A DNA stretch of 64,000 nt from a virus, in IMG/VR virus record IMGVR_UViG_3300025889_017816, positions 55,475 to 119,474 of that record; one strand, written 5' to 3'. Below the pieces are notes generated by a model. That model saw only the letters and a program-made list of their open reading frames with translations. It had not been told where the DNA came from and did not search any database. Positions 1 through 9,875 of this stretch are shown here, in pieces. A program made the translations under genes and the position numbers. Within the stretch, counting starts at the first letter, position 1, and each line of letters opens with the position of its first letter.

Positions 1-25
1 TTTAAGTTTAGCTTAGCCATAGTAC

Positions 26-2713
26 CTAAAAGTTGATAAAGAATTTGAGTGTTTCAGTTTGTCCGGTTGTTCTAACTATAGGAGATATATTTGTTAAATG
101 AATTACATCTCCAGAATTTTGTGAAATTTCAGGGGTTGTTAATGTAGTAATTGACAACGTGGGGACACCTGTAGTTTCATTTCTTAAAATACTTGTTTGT
201 TGTATACTATTTATCACAGGTTGCAAATAGATTGTATTATCTTTAACATACACCACCGTGAATATACCACCTGAATCAGTAGTGATATTATCATCTAAAT
301 TATACTGCGAACCATCCGGCACGGTTATAACGTAGCAACCATTTCCTGTGGCAGATGAAAACACAGTAGAACTATTATATCCTTTAATATTTTTAATTAT
401 TCCGTATTGTCTAAAATCATTATTTAAGAAAAAGTCACTTTGGAAATCTTCTATATTAGCTATGATAGCTACTTTTGTTGCAAACAATTCTTGAGGAACA
501 TTTGAACCATGTCCACCTTGAGGTGAAATAGTTGCCTTTGCTGTAGCACCAGTTCCTATACCTGTAAAAGATATATCTGCATAAGTGTAACCAGTACCAC
601 CATCAGTGACTTGAATGGAAGTAATAGCACCAGCTGCAACTGTTGCTACTGCTGCAGCACCAGAACCATCACCTTTAATAACCACACTAGTAGAATTACC
701 ACCAGTATTAGAATATCCAGAACCACCAGCTGTTACTTCTATTTTATTAATTTGACCATTAACAGCCACAGCATATCCTGCCACATTTTGATTTACAATA
801 CTAGGAAGATCGGTTGTTTCTAATGTTGCTACTGCTGAAGCTCCGGTTCCTCCCCCACCATAAAAATATACAAATGCAAAACTATATCCTACACCACCCG
901 AGGTAATCGTTAATGTATCTAAAAGTCCTGCAGGGGTAATACTTGCTGTTGCTGTTGCTCCATTACCATCACCTAATATTATAACATTAGGAGCAGAAGT
1001 ATAACCCGATCCAACACCAGTTATTGTAATATCTGAAACTGTTCCATTATGATCAAATCTTGAAGAGGTACCATAAAATTTAACAGGGATATAATCGGTT
1101 GTCAAGAACTTAGTTCTGTCAGCAGAAGGCACTTCATATATTAACTGCCAGGTATACCCATCAGACAAAACTTTAGGTCCTGCGTCAGAATGTGCGGGTT
1201 TAACTGTTGATTGACCACCACTATTATTATCTAAGCACTTATATATTCTGTAATTATCTGGATTATAAACATAAAAGTTAAGAGAAGATATGTTTGCATT
1301 ATCGGCATATTCAGCATAAACCGTACCTGAAACCCAATCTCTTCTAGTTACAATTAATGAAACATCACTTGGGTTAATTTTTTTAACACCTAAAATAGAT
1401 CTTTTAGCTTCAGAATCCGTAACTCTTGTATCTGTAGGTGTAGGTGGAGATACTTCATTTGTCCAAGCTAAAGGTCTTCCTAAAAATACATGAAAATAAT
1501 CATTAGGATTCAAGAAATTTGTAATAGAAAAAGTATTAATAGTTACAGTTTGATTTAAAGGACCTGTTAATGTAAAGGTACCTGGAATAACAACTTCAGA
1601 AATTGGTATTTCTGTTCCTGCATTTGCATTAGATAAACTTGTAGCTAATTGTATATTATAATTATCATTTTTAATGATAAAATAATTAGTACCGTTAGTC
1701 AATCCATTTATAGCAGTAGACCCAGTAACAGAATAAGTTATTTCATCACCTGTAACTAATGTATGATTTGGTATATGTATTTTATCATTTGCTAAATCTA
1801 ATGGAAAATCATCCAATCTAACTAATTGAAAATCATTACCAGAACCAGTAGAAGTTATATTTACTTTGGTGCCTGCAATTGCGTTAGACAATGATGTTGC
1901 TAAAGACAAAGTATTATCTGCAACATCAATAACATAATAAGTTGTATCGTCAACCAATCCACCAGGTACTGTACCTGAATTTACATAAAAATGTACACGA
2001 TCACCTGTGTTAAAACCGTGTGCATATATTGATATTCTATCATAAGATGTGTCTATAATAGTATCAGAAAATGTTTTTGTAGTTAAAGGAACTAATAGAA
2101 AATTAGACCCAGAAGGACCTCCAGCTAAATTAATTCTTTTGCTTATATCACCAGATGTAGCTCTTGCATAACCACTACCAGTACCTGAACCAGTTGCTTC
2201 TGCTAAGGCAACAACATCTGCTTCGTCTCTTATTGCCCAATATCTTGTATTATTTGTTAAATTAGTTATGCCTGCGCTTGCTCCATTTTCCAAGTAAAGA
2301 ACAACATCACCTGAGTTTAATCCATGAGCAGTAATGTCAATTTCATTATTTGGGAGATCAACTGCAGTGTCTGCAAATTTTAATGCAGTAACTTGAAAAG
2401 TTGTGGTTGAACTACCTATAGCATCATCTAACGTAATGCTAGTTCCATTTGTAGCAGTATAAGCTGAAGAATTAACTTTCACGCCATCTAGAAATACTTC
2501 TACTCTTCCTGGTGTATAACGTAATGTTCTTCCATTAGTATCCGCACCTGAGAAAGTAACATCTCCCTCAGTGCCGTTATAGTCGAAAACATATCCGTCC
2601 AAAGTGGTGAGCGTGTTTAGCTCACCACTTGGGACGTTAATATGGTTTACTATGTCTCTATGGAACGAACGAGCTAACTCGGTTCGGAACCTTATAGGTA
2701 GTAAAGAAGCCAT
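26..2713 (-). CDS. T4-like baseplate wedge subunit (gp8-like) with inserted repeated beta-domains
   Basis: gp8-type core (HVFLGRPLAW...KKINPSDVSLIVTRRDWVSGTVY...YKCLDNN...DGYTWQLIY...DFRQYGIIKN); follows gp6-gp7. Confidence 0.8.
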   Translation of the reverse strand: MASLLPIRFRTELARSFHRDIVNHINVPSGELNTLTTLDGYVFDYNGTEGDVTFSGADTNGRTLRYTPGRVEVFLDGVKVNSSAYTATNGTSITLDDAIGSSTTTFQVTALKFADTAVDLPNNEIDITAHGLNSGDVVLYLENGASAGITNLTNNTRYWAIRDEADVVALAEATGSGTGSGYARATSGDISKRINLAGGPSGSNFLLVPLTTKTFSDTIIDTSYDRISIYAHGFNTGDRVHFYVNSGTVPGGLVDDTTYYVIDVADNTLSLATSLSNAIAGTKVNITSTGSGNDFQLVRLDDFPLDLANDKIHIPNHTLVTGDEITYSVTGSTAINGLTNGTNYFIIKNDNYNIQLATSLSNANAGTEIPISEVVIPGTFTLTGPLNQTVTINTFSITNFLNPNDYFHVFLGRPLAWTNEVSPPTPTDTRVTDSEAKRSILGVKKINPSDVSLIVTRRDWVSGTVYAEYADNANISSLNFYVYNPDNYRIYKCLDNNSGGQSTVKPAHSDAGPKVLSDGYTWQLIYEVPSADRTKFLTTDYIPVKFYGTSSRFDHNGTVSDITITGVGSGYTSAPNVIILGDGNGATATASITPAGLLDTLTITSGGVGYSFAFVYFYGGGGTGASAVATLETTDLPSIVNQNVAGYAVAVNGQINKIEVTAGGSGYSNTGGNSTSVVIKGDGSGAAAVATVAAGAITSIQVTDGGTGYTYADISFTGIGTGATAKATISPQGGHGSNVPQELFATKVAIIANIEDFQSDFFLNNDFRQYGIIKNIKGYNSSTVFSSATGNGCYVITVPDGSQYNLDDNITTDSGGIFTVVYVKDNTIYLQPVINSIQQTSILRNETTGVPTLSITTLTTPEISQNSGDVIHLTNISPIVRTTGQTETLKFFINF

Positions 2714-2716
2714 TTA

Positions 2717-3175
2717 TTATGCTAGTGTTACTGTCCAAGTAATAGTCATTGCGTCAGCAGCGCCTTTGTTAACAGTTGAGAAAACTGTACGGCAAAGCAT
2801 TGTACCTCCTGAAGCAGCATTGAAAATACCTGCCTCAGTTAATGCGCCTGTGCCTGTACCTGCTGGGAATGTGCAAATATATTCAATTGAATCGTCTGTA
2901 CTGCTTGATGTTGCTTGGTTTGATGATGTAAGAGATGTACGAGAAGCAGCAACAGCAGCACCTAATGCTGTATCAGTAACAGCGGCTGCAGTAGAATTTG
3001 TACCTACTTCCATGTGTGACATAACAGCTTGACCTGTACCAATCATACGCTCAGTAATGAACTGCAAACCTACATCTGTAACAACGTTAGGAACATGATG
3101 CTCTTCCTTAACATTGCCATTTTCGTCGTGAAGGACAATCTTCAAACTGCCCTTTGCTTTTAATGTGTCTTTCAT
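2717..3175 (-). CDS. Putative virion structural protein
   Basis: 152 aa with GTGALTEAGIFNAASGGTMLCRTVF..VNKGA.D.MTITW motif typical of phage tail/baseplate-associated proteins; inside the baseplate operon. Confidence 0.6.
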   Translation of the reverse strand: MKDTLKAKGSLKIVLHDENGNVKEEHHVPNVVTDVGLQFITERMIGTGQAVMSHMEVGTNSTAAAVTDTALGAAVAASRTSLTSSNQATSSSTDDSIEYICTFPAGTGTGALTEAGIFNAASGGTMLCRTVFSTVNKGAADAMTITWTVTLA

Positions 3176-3201
3176 TTTTGCCTCTAAAAGTTTAAGTTAA
3201 A

Positions 3202-5709
3202 TTAAAATATGTAAGTTGTTCCAACATATTGTTCTGCGAAATACTCAGGTGAGTATGAATTATTGAATATTTCTCCACCAGCATCGGTCGCAGTGGCCGA
3301 ATCAGAGAGAGATTTATTAGTATTTATAACACTATTTTCTGATGTTGAAGCAGCATCAGAAACACTTCTACTGAAGGAAATTGCAGGTGAATCTGTTACT
3401 GAAACATCATCTTGTAGATCAGATGTTACGTCATCTTGTTGATCAAAAGTATAACTTATACCAGAATCGGTTACTGTAACTGTATCAGTAAGATTTACTG
3501 GTATAACCACTAAGGTTGATACATTTTCTGAAGTTGTTACAGTCTCAGTAAACGGTACGTTAATAGATTTAACTGGTGAATCTGTGACTGATATATCTTC
3601 TTGAAGATCTGAAGATATATCATTTTCCTGATAGAAATGTTTTTGTACATTCTCTGAAACAGGTATTGTTTCAGTTATATTTTTTGCAATATTTAATGAA
3701 TCAACAGCTTCGGAAGTTGTTACAGATTCGGTAAATGGTACGTTAATAGATTTAGCTGGAGAATCTGAAACAGTTGAATTATCACTTATAGGTGTACTAA
3801 ATGATTTTGCGTCAGATTCAGAAGATGTGACCGTATCAGACAATACCTTATCTAATTGGAATACACTATTTTCAGAAACTGCAATATCTTCCTGTAGATC
3901 AGATGTTAAGTCATCTTCCTGTGCAAATTCATATCTAGATGATTCTGTAACCGCAACTGTTTCTGAAGAAGCAATCACATTTAAGGATTTAATTACACTT
4001 TCAGAAACCGTAATATTTTCCTGTAGATCAGAGGTTACGTCATCTTCTTGAATGAATTGTTTTCCGACATTTTCTGATACAACAATTGATTCGGAAACAT
4101 TTAGATTAAAAATCTTTACTTCAGATTCGGAAACCGATACAGATTCCGATTTTTCTAATGATGTTGAAATAGAATCTACTTCAGAAGAAGTTACCGTTTC
4201 AAAGAACTCTCGCAAGTAAGTTAGAGTAACTTCTTCTGAATCTGTAACCGTAGCAGAATCAGAAATTGGTCTAGTTAAAGACTTAGCATCAGATTCAGAA
4301 ACCGTAACTGTATCCGAGGCTTCTAAGAAAACATGATAATCAACTTCAGTAATACTGGATGTTACTGAAGGTGTTACTGAGATCTCACCTTCCAAATTCA
4401 ATTCAGAAAACAACTTAAATCCAGCAGGGTGAGTGCTTTCTAAGAATGTAGTATCCCAGTCGTTTCTTTGTTTTGATGATGATACTACATAGGAATATGG
4501 TTGATAATAATCATAGTCCTGTAAATGAATATTACTTGATAAGAATCCTTCATTATTTTTGAATTCACCAGGCGCATGATATACTAAACCAGTATTGAAT
4601 GTAACAGTTGCGGATGACCCTGTAATTCTTGGTTCAAATTCAATAGTAAATGTTTTTACAGGTTCTCCCGAATCATCACGGAAAGCAAATTTTTCACCTG
4701 TATCAATAATGGCTAATCTCTTTAACAATCCAACGGTTGTTGCCTCAGCATAATCTCCCGTCAAAACATAATCTTCAGCAAAATATGTTGCCGAAGATCT
4801 TTTTCCTGTTTTTGTAACACGAACAATTGCATTATTTTGTATCAAATCATAAACATATGCATCAGCGCCTGTTAGTATTTCTGTATAATCTCCAGCAAAA
4901 TAAAGACCCTCAACACCTGTTTCACTAATAAAATATGAATCATCTCTAACAAAACTTGAACCTTCATCATCAACTTTAGATATAGAAACTAACTGTTTGG
5001 TTATAGAACCATATGTAACCCCTGCTTTTTCAACATAAACATGAGTATCATGGCTTCCTAATGATGTTGTTAAATTAGAATCTAAAGAAATATAATCAGG
5101 CCACGCATAGTCTGGATCTAAATCTACTTCTAATTGATAGATGTTAGGACGAGTCCTAAAAACATCATAACATCTAGTAGTTACAGTTCTTTCAATATTT
5201 CCTGCACCTGGAATAAATTCCAAATATCTTAATGTAATTATGGAAGCATTTAAGGCATAGATGTTGTTACTAGAAAAATTAGTATTGTTTACTTTAATAA
5301 ACTTTTTTCTTCTCCAACGACCATCAGAAGCACGAAGTATATAATCACCGGGATACGTTACTGATGCTGTATCGTTGAACATGAAACGGAAAAACATTTC
5401 CGTAGAATTTTCTGAACCTTTAGATTCATAATATTGATTGATATACTTTACTAGCTTTCTCGTAGAAAGCTCAATTTGATCGGAGAATTCATTTGCAAAT
5501 TGTTTTCTAAACTCAGGAATAAAAACATCTAATGTAGCATCAATGTCCATCCAGTCGTCAGAATTAAGAAGATAATAATGCGATTGTCCGGATTTTTCCA
5601 TCCATGTGTAATAATGTTCTAGGAAGGTGACAAAATCAGGGTACTCGGCCCTTACGAAATCAGGGAGCTGCCCTGAAATTAAATGATGCAGTTTCTTCCT
5701 AATAGACAT
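3202..5709 (-). CDS. Baseplate wedge initiator (gp7-like) with long Ser/Thr/Val/acidic repeat C-terminus
   Basis: N-terminal QLPDFVRAEYPDFVTFLEHYY...YESKGS...YPGDYILRASDGRW, then LQDYDYYQPYSYV...HPAGFKLF; directly after gp6. Confidence 0.8.
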   Translation of the reverse strand: MSIRKKLHHLISGQLPDFVRAEYPDFVTFLEHYYTWMEKSGQSHYYLLNSDDWMDIDATLDVFIPEFRKQFANEFSDQIELSTRKLVKYINQYYESKGSENSTEMFFRFMFNDTASVTYPGDYILRASDGRWRRKKFIKVNNTNFSSNNIYALNASIITLRYLEFIPGAGNIERTVTTRCYDVFRTRPNIYQLEVDLDPDYAWPDYISLDSNLTTSLGSHDTHVYVEKAGVTYGSITKQLVSISKVDDEGSSFVRDDSYFISETGVEGLYFAGDYTEILTGADAYVYDLIQNNAIVRVTKTGKRSSATYFAEDYVLTGDYAEATTVGLLKRLAIIDTGEKFAFRDDSGEPVKTFTIEFEPRITGSSATVTFNTGLVYHAPGEFKNNEGFLSSNIHLQDYDYYQPYSYVVSSSKQRNDWDTTFLESTHPAGFKLFSELNLEGEISVTPSVTSSITEVDYHVFLEASDTVTVSESDAKSLTRPISDSATVTDSEEVTLTYLREFFETVTSSEVDSISTSLEKSESVSVSESEVKIFNLNVSESIVVSENVGKQFIQEDDVTSDLQENITVSESVIKSLNVIASSETVAVTESSRYEFAQEDDLTSDLQEDIAVSENSVFQLDKVLSDTVTSSESDAKSFSTPISDNSTVSDSPAKSINVPFTESVTTSEAVDSLNIAKNITETIPVSENVQKHFYQENDISSDLQEDISVTDSPVKSINVPFTETVTTSENVSTLVVIPVNLTDTVTVTDSGISYTFDQQDDVTSDLQDDVSVTDSPAISFSRSVSDAASTSENSVINTNKSLSDSATATDAGGEIFNNSYSPEYFAEQYVGTTYIF

Positions 5710-7592
5710 TATTCATTAAACGGAACAGAATTAATCACCAAACCTGGTTTAATATTTGCTTCAGCAATACTCAAAGAATTATCCAATGTAACAATTGTGT
5801 TTTTTGCAGGTAATGCTGTAACAGCAAATTTTGAAATATCAGAAGCACGAACCAACCCACTGGTTATATTTTGATATAAAGGTTGAGGTCTGACATTTAA
5901 ATATAACTTGTTAACGTTGCCTACATATCTCGTTACTTTTATTTCTTTCAAAGTAACTATTCCTGTCTCATAGTTTACGGTTCCATAAGAAGTAATTTTT
6001 TGTTTATCTTCTTTGTTTACAAAATATAAAGTTCCAGTTCCCGTATCATCTTGAATTGCTGCATCACTAAAATCTTGTAAATATCCTGTGTATTCTACGC
6101 CATTAACTGTAGTAGTAAAAACTGAGCTTACAACAGTTTCAGGATCAATAGCAGTAAGATAATTCAATACCTGTGAGTATGCGGATGAAGCACCAGCACC
6201 TATTGATATTCTTTTCTGAAGATTCATCTTGAACAATGAACCCACAACTGAACGATTTAAATCCTTAACTCTTTGTTGTACTCTAGAAAGAATAAAGGTT
6301 CTACTTAGTGTACCTAATTCCGTAGAAAAATAATTTTCAATTTCTGCTTTAACTAATGCTGAAAGATCTTTTGCTTTTAATGTAGTTAATTTAGGATCAT
6401 AATTAACTGTACCTGTAAGACCCAAATACAAATAATCAGGATCAACAAACTCATGTTGAATACTCATTACAGAACGTGGTCTTAATAAAGTTTCTGTAAT
6501 ATAATCTTTATCTGCTTCAGTTAAAACTTGTCCGGAAACTGTATCAATAGAAATGAAAACTTTACCATAAATTGGAGGAGAATTTTCTTCGCCGCCCCAA
6601 ACGGTAACTTCTCGTGCTTTTGATAAATTTTGTTTGATGATTGTTCTATAATCATCAGAAGTTACAGCACGATTTCTATTAGCATTAAATTTAGGAGCAT
6701 TGTGTCTAATGCTATCAATGGTTTCTTTTTCAGCACCATTTGCAGCTGCAGTGTTAATGGTTATTGTTGCTGCATCTTCACCATCAATATCACCTATTAA
6801 CGTGAAATTTCTTGCACCATTTGCAATAGAACCTCTGGAAACAACATAAGAAATTGTAACAATATTTCCTGCTGTTAATTTTGCACCTACATTATCATCA
6901 CCAAAAACTAATTGAAATTTTCCTTCTTTGTTTTCTTCAACCCAAAATACTTTACTAGTTGAAGTAACATCAAGAATGTTAGAAGCCTTGGTCCATGTGG
7001 CTGTTGTTAAATCTGAAATACTAGTTTGAACAGACACAGAAATTGTAGATGTATCAACAGAATCATTTGGAATAACTAAAGGACCTGAAACATTGTCAGA
7101 AACAATTGTGAAAGAATTGGATAAACGTATACCTTCAATCAAATCAATCGAAGTAAAAACAAAGTTTCCTGATTCATTTAATGTTGCTGTTTGTGATTCA
7201 TTTACATTAAAGGTAAATGTTTCATCATTAATTGTTGCAGAAAATTTATTTGAAGGTGTTATGGTTAATGTTACACCCACAGTATCAATTCTTGGTACCG
7301 TAATGTTAACGTTTGCTATTGCAGAGGTTGTTGATCTAGGTGTATAACCTAACATTTTTGCAATTGATGTTACCGAACTTCTTTTTATTGCAGTATCAAT
7401 AAACATTTCATTGGCTTGAAGATTAGCCAATACTGCATTATAATGTGTATTATATGCTAAAACATCCAACAACAAACTTAATGCTGAACCGTTGAAATCA
7501 TAATCTGTAAATTCATTTTGGGCAGCAAGATATGTTTTTAAGTTAGTTTTAATATCAGCAAAATCTAATTCGGTAATATTTAATTCAGCCAT
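5709..7592 (-). CDS. gp6: Baseplate wedge subunit gp6
   Basis: ELDFADIKTNLKTYL...FTDYDFNGSALSLLLDVLAYNTHY, RAVTSDDY, WGGEENSPPIYGKVFISI. Confidence 0.93.
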   Translation of the reverse strand: MAELNITELDFADIKTNLKTYLAAQNEFTDYDFNGSALSLLLDVLAYNTHYNAVLANLQANEMFIDTAIKRSSVTSIAKMLGYTPRSTTSAIANVNITVPRIDTVGVTLTITPSNKFSATINDETFTFNVNESQTATLNESGNFVFTSIDLIEGIRLSNSFTIVSDNVSGPLVIPNDSVDTSTISVSVQTSISDLTTATWTKASNILDVTSTSKVFWVEENKEGKFQLVFGDDNVGAKLTAGNIVTISYVVSRGSIANGARNFTLIGDIDGEDAATITINTAAANGAEKETIDSIRHNAPKFNANRNRAVTSDDYRTIIKQNLSKAREVTVWGGEENSPPIYGKVFISIDTVSGQVLTEADKDYITETLLRPRSVMSIQHEFVDPDYLYLGLTGTVNYDPKLTTLKAKDLSALVKAEIENYFSTELGTLSRTFILSRVQQRVKDLNRSVVGSLFKMNLQKRISIGAGASSAYSQVLNYLTAIDPETVVSSVFTTTVNGVEYTGYLQDFSDAAIQDDTGTGTLYFVNKEDKQKITSYGTVNYETGIVTLKEIKVTRYVGNVNKLYLNVRPQPLYQNITSGLVRASDISKFAVTALPAKNTIVTLDNSLSIAEANIKPGLVINSVPFNE

Positions 7593-7596
7593 TTTA

Positions 7597-7995
7597 CTAC
7601 CTTAGTCTTTCTAGTGTTATTGATAATGAACTTGTTTGACTGATCCCTAATACTTTAAAAAATATAGTAACCTCATATTCATTTTCATCATAATTAGGAA
7701 TAACATCTACTCTCTGTACTGTTACCCGCGGTTCATTGTTTTCCAAAACTATTTGTATTTTTTTTGCTAAAACATTAGAAGAAATATTGTCCATAGGTTC
7801 AAACAAAACAGCGTTTAAACCAGATCCAATATCTGGGCGAAACAATCTTTCACCAAAATTAGTAAATAATAAAATTTTCATGGACTGTTTTACAGCATTA
7901 ATGTCCACCTTTTTCAAAACATCTTTGGTTTCAGGATGTTTATCAAAAGAAAGATCTAGGTCTTTATATATTTTGTTGGATTTTAGAATACTCAT
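7597..7995 (-). CDS. gp25: Baseplate wedge subunit gp25
   Basis: YKDLDLSF..HP...AVKQS...GERLFRP.IGS...NEPRV; C-terminal LERLR. Confidence 0.92.
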   Translation of the reverse strand: MSILKSNKIYKDLDLSFDKHPETKDVLKKVDINAVKQSMKILLFTNFGERLFRPDIGSGLNAVLFEPMDNISSNVLAKKIQIVLENNEPRVTVQRVDVIPNYDENEYEVTIFFKVLGISQTSSLSITLERLR

Positions 7996-8004
7996 TTTTA
8001 CTTT

Positions 8005-8012
8005 TATTTATA
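8005..8012 (-). promoter_or_regulatory. T4 late promoter TATAAATA
   Basis: Exact TATAAATA on the - strand just upstream of the gp25 ATG. Confidence 0.8.
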
Positions 8013-8016
8013 TGAA

Positions 8017-9873
8017 TTATACTGAGATGCCTACTGAACCTGCCAATTGTAAAAGAACCCCTATTCCTTGTGGATGTGGTTTATGATCTAAGTAAGTAAT
8101 CATGTTTCTTCTCGGACCATCACGGTTAAAAGATAAATGAATCCAAGGAGTTCCACCTCTTTGATATTCTAATAACATTTGATCAAAATTAACATTATCT
8201 CTTATCCATTTTGCAATTTCAAAATATTGACTATTGGTTGCGCCTCGGAATTGTATATCAGCAGCCTGTCCCTTTAGGTGTTGGGAAGTTAAAGATCCTC
8301 CTTCAGGAACATCCGTTCTGAACCCAGATGTTATTATCATATTAGGATATTTTGCTTTTATCGGATCAAGCACCTGTGTTGCCAATCCTCTTAGATTGCA
8401 AGCAATTTCTCTTTTAGATAAAGTACCTTGCGCCCTCAATCTCCTGTTTGGATCACTACAACAAATTGCTTTATATGTTAAATCTTCAATTTTAAAAAAT
8501 GTAGAAATTTGATATGTTTCGGGTATTTCCTGTATATTATTTATCTCACCACATCCTGGAATAGATGTTGGTAATTCTGCTGGTTGAGTTCCATCTGAAT
8601 CTTGTACCGTAACTGCTGAATTAAGTGTTTCCTGAGAAATAACTCCGTCTGCTACGGCGCTAGCCAATTCTCTTGCAATAATTTCTGCATTAACTGAAAA
8701 ATCTTCACCCAAAAGATCTAAACGAAAAATTAATTGTTCCAATCTTGAAGGAACCAACAAATCAGAAAAACTAGGTAATTGTGGAGATTTAGAAGACACA
8801 GAATCATTCATTAAAAAAATTGCACCTGGAGTAGAAGGTGCAAAAGATTTGACTACATACTTTAATCCAACTGTTTTAGTAATCAAACTTTTAATATCAG
8901 TTTTTAATCCAAATAAAAATTGATTTGCTCTAGAAAATAATTTCATGTCATCAGAAGAAAATATTTCCATTTCTTTTTTAGAATGAAGCTCCATATTATC
9001 ACCTGAGGTAATACTTACTTTACCTGCAACTTTCATTTCATAATCACCGTGAACATGATGAGTTAAATCACCATCAACAGTTAAGTTACAATCATTCTTA
9101 ACGTATATGTTATTATTTCCTTCAATAGTTATGTTAGCATTTCCCTTTATTAAAACATTATTATGTCTAAGAGAAATTTCATAGTTATCACCTGTAATTT
9201 TTTCTATTTTTGTTCCATTTACATCAATATCAAAATAGGTTCCTGATTTATGATATAAAGATATTCTTTCATTGCTAGGTGTATCATCTATTTCGATTAC
9301 ATGGCCTGATTCAGATTGATAAACATGGTTAAATGGATAAGAAGCATTGTAATGTGATAATGGTTGATCCCAGGTTTTACCATCCGATGTTTGAATATTA
9401 GTTTGTCTGTTATCGTCTTTAATTTTTACAACAGTATTTGCTATATCTTGATTTCTTGCTAATTTATTTGTGTCTGGCTCACTCAAATATTCTGCTTTAG
9501 GATAAACTTTGTTTGGATCTTGAAATCCGTAATTGGAGTTATTCCTTAAGGCGTTTACATATGTCTCACCAGGAACACCACCTAAAGTTCCAATCATTAT
9601 AGGTTCTTGACAATCTTCACCATCACGAAAAAAACCTAAAACCCATGTGCCTTCAACGGGACCTATAGGAGCATTACCTATACCTGACATGGCAGCTGAG
9701 GTAATAGGCTGTAGAGGAAAAGCCCAAGGCAAGTCTTCGGTTGGTAATAAGGATTTATTAGAAGTGTGATATCCCACTACTCTAACCTTACAACGGCCGA
9801 GATACATAGGGTCAAAGCGATCTTCTACTACACCTACCCACCAATGAAAATTATTTCCGTATAAGTTTTCCAT
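8017..9873 (-). CDS. gp5: Baseplate hub/spike gp5-like protein with C-terminal peptidase M15 domain
   Basis: gp5 OB fold (WWVGVVEDRFDP..LGRCKVRVVGYH...LPWA), ESGHVIEIDDTP and beta-helix repeats; C-terminal ITSGFR...SQHLKGQAADI...WIHLS metallopeptidase motifs. Confidence 0.85.
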   Translation of the reverse strand: MENLYGNNFHWWVGVVEDRFDPMYLGRCKVRVVGYHTSNKSLLPTEDLPWAFPLQPITSAAMSGIGNAPIGPVEGTWVLGFFRDGEDCQEPIMIGTLGGVPGETYVNALRNNSNYGFQDPNKVYPKAEYLSEPDTNKLARNQDIANTVVKIKDDNRQTNIQTSDGKTWDQPLSHYNASYPFNHVYQSESGHVIEIDDTPSNERISLYHKSGTYFDIDVNGTKIEKITGDNYEISLRHNNVLIKGNANITIEGNNNIYVKNDCNLTVDGDLTHHVHGDYEMKVAGKVSITSGDNMELHSKKEMEIFSSDDMKLFSRANQFLFGLKTDIKSLITKTVGLKYVVKSFAPSTPGAIFLMNDSVSSKSPQLPSFSDLLVPSRLEQLIFRLDLLGEDFSVNAEIIARELASAVADGVISQETLNSAVTVQDSDGTQPAELPTSIPGCGEINNIQEIPETYQISTFFKIEDLTYKAICCSDPNRRLRAQGTLSKREIACNLRGLATQVLDPIKAKYPNMIITSGFRTDVPEGGSLTSQHLKGQAADIQFRGATNSQYFEIAKWIRDNVNFDQMLLEYQRGGTPWIHLSFNRDGPRRNMITYLDHKPHPQGIGVLLQLAGSVGISV

Positions 9874-9875
9874 AA

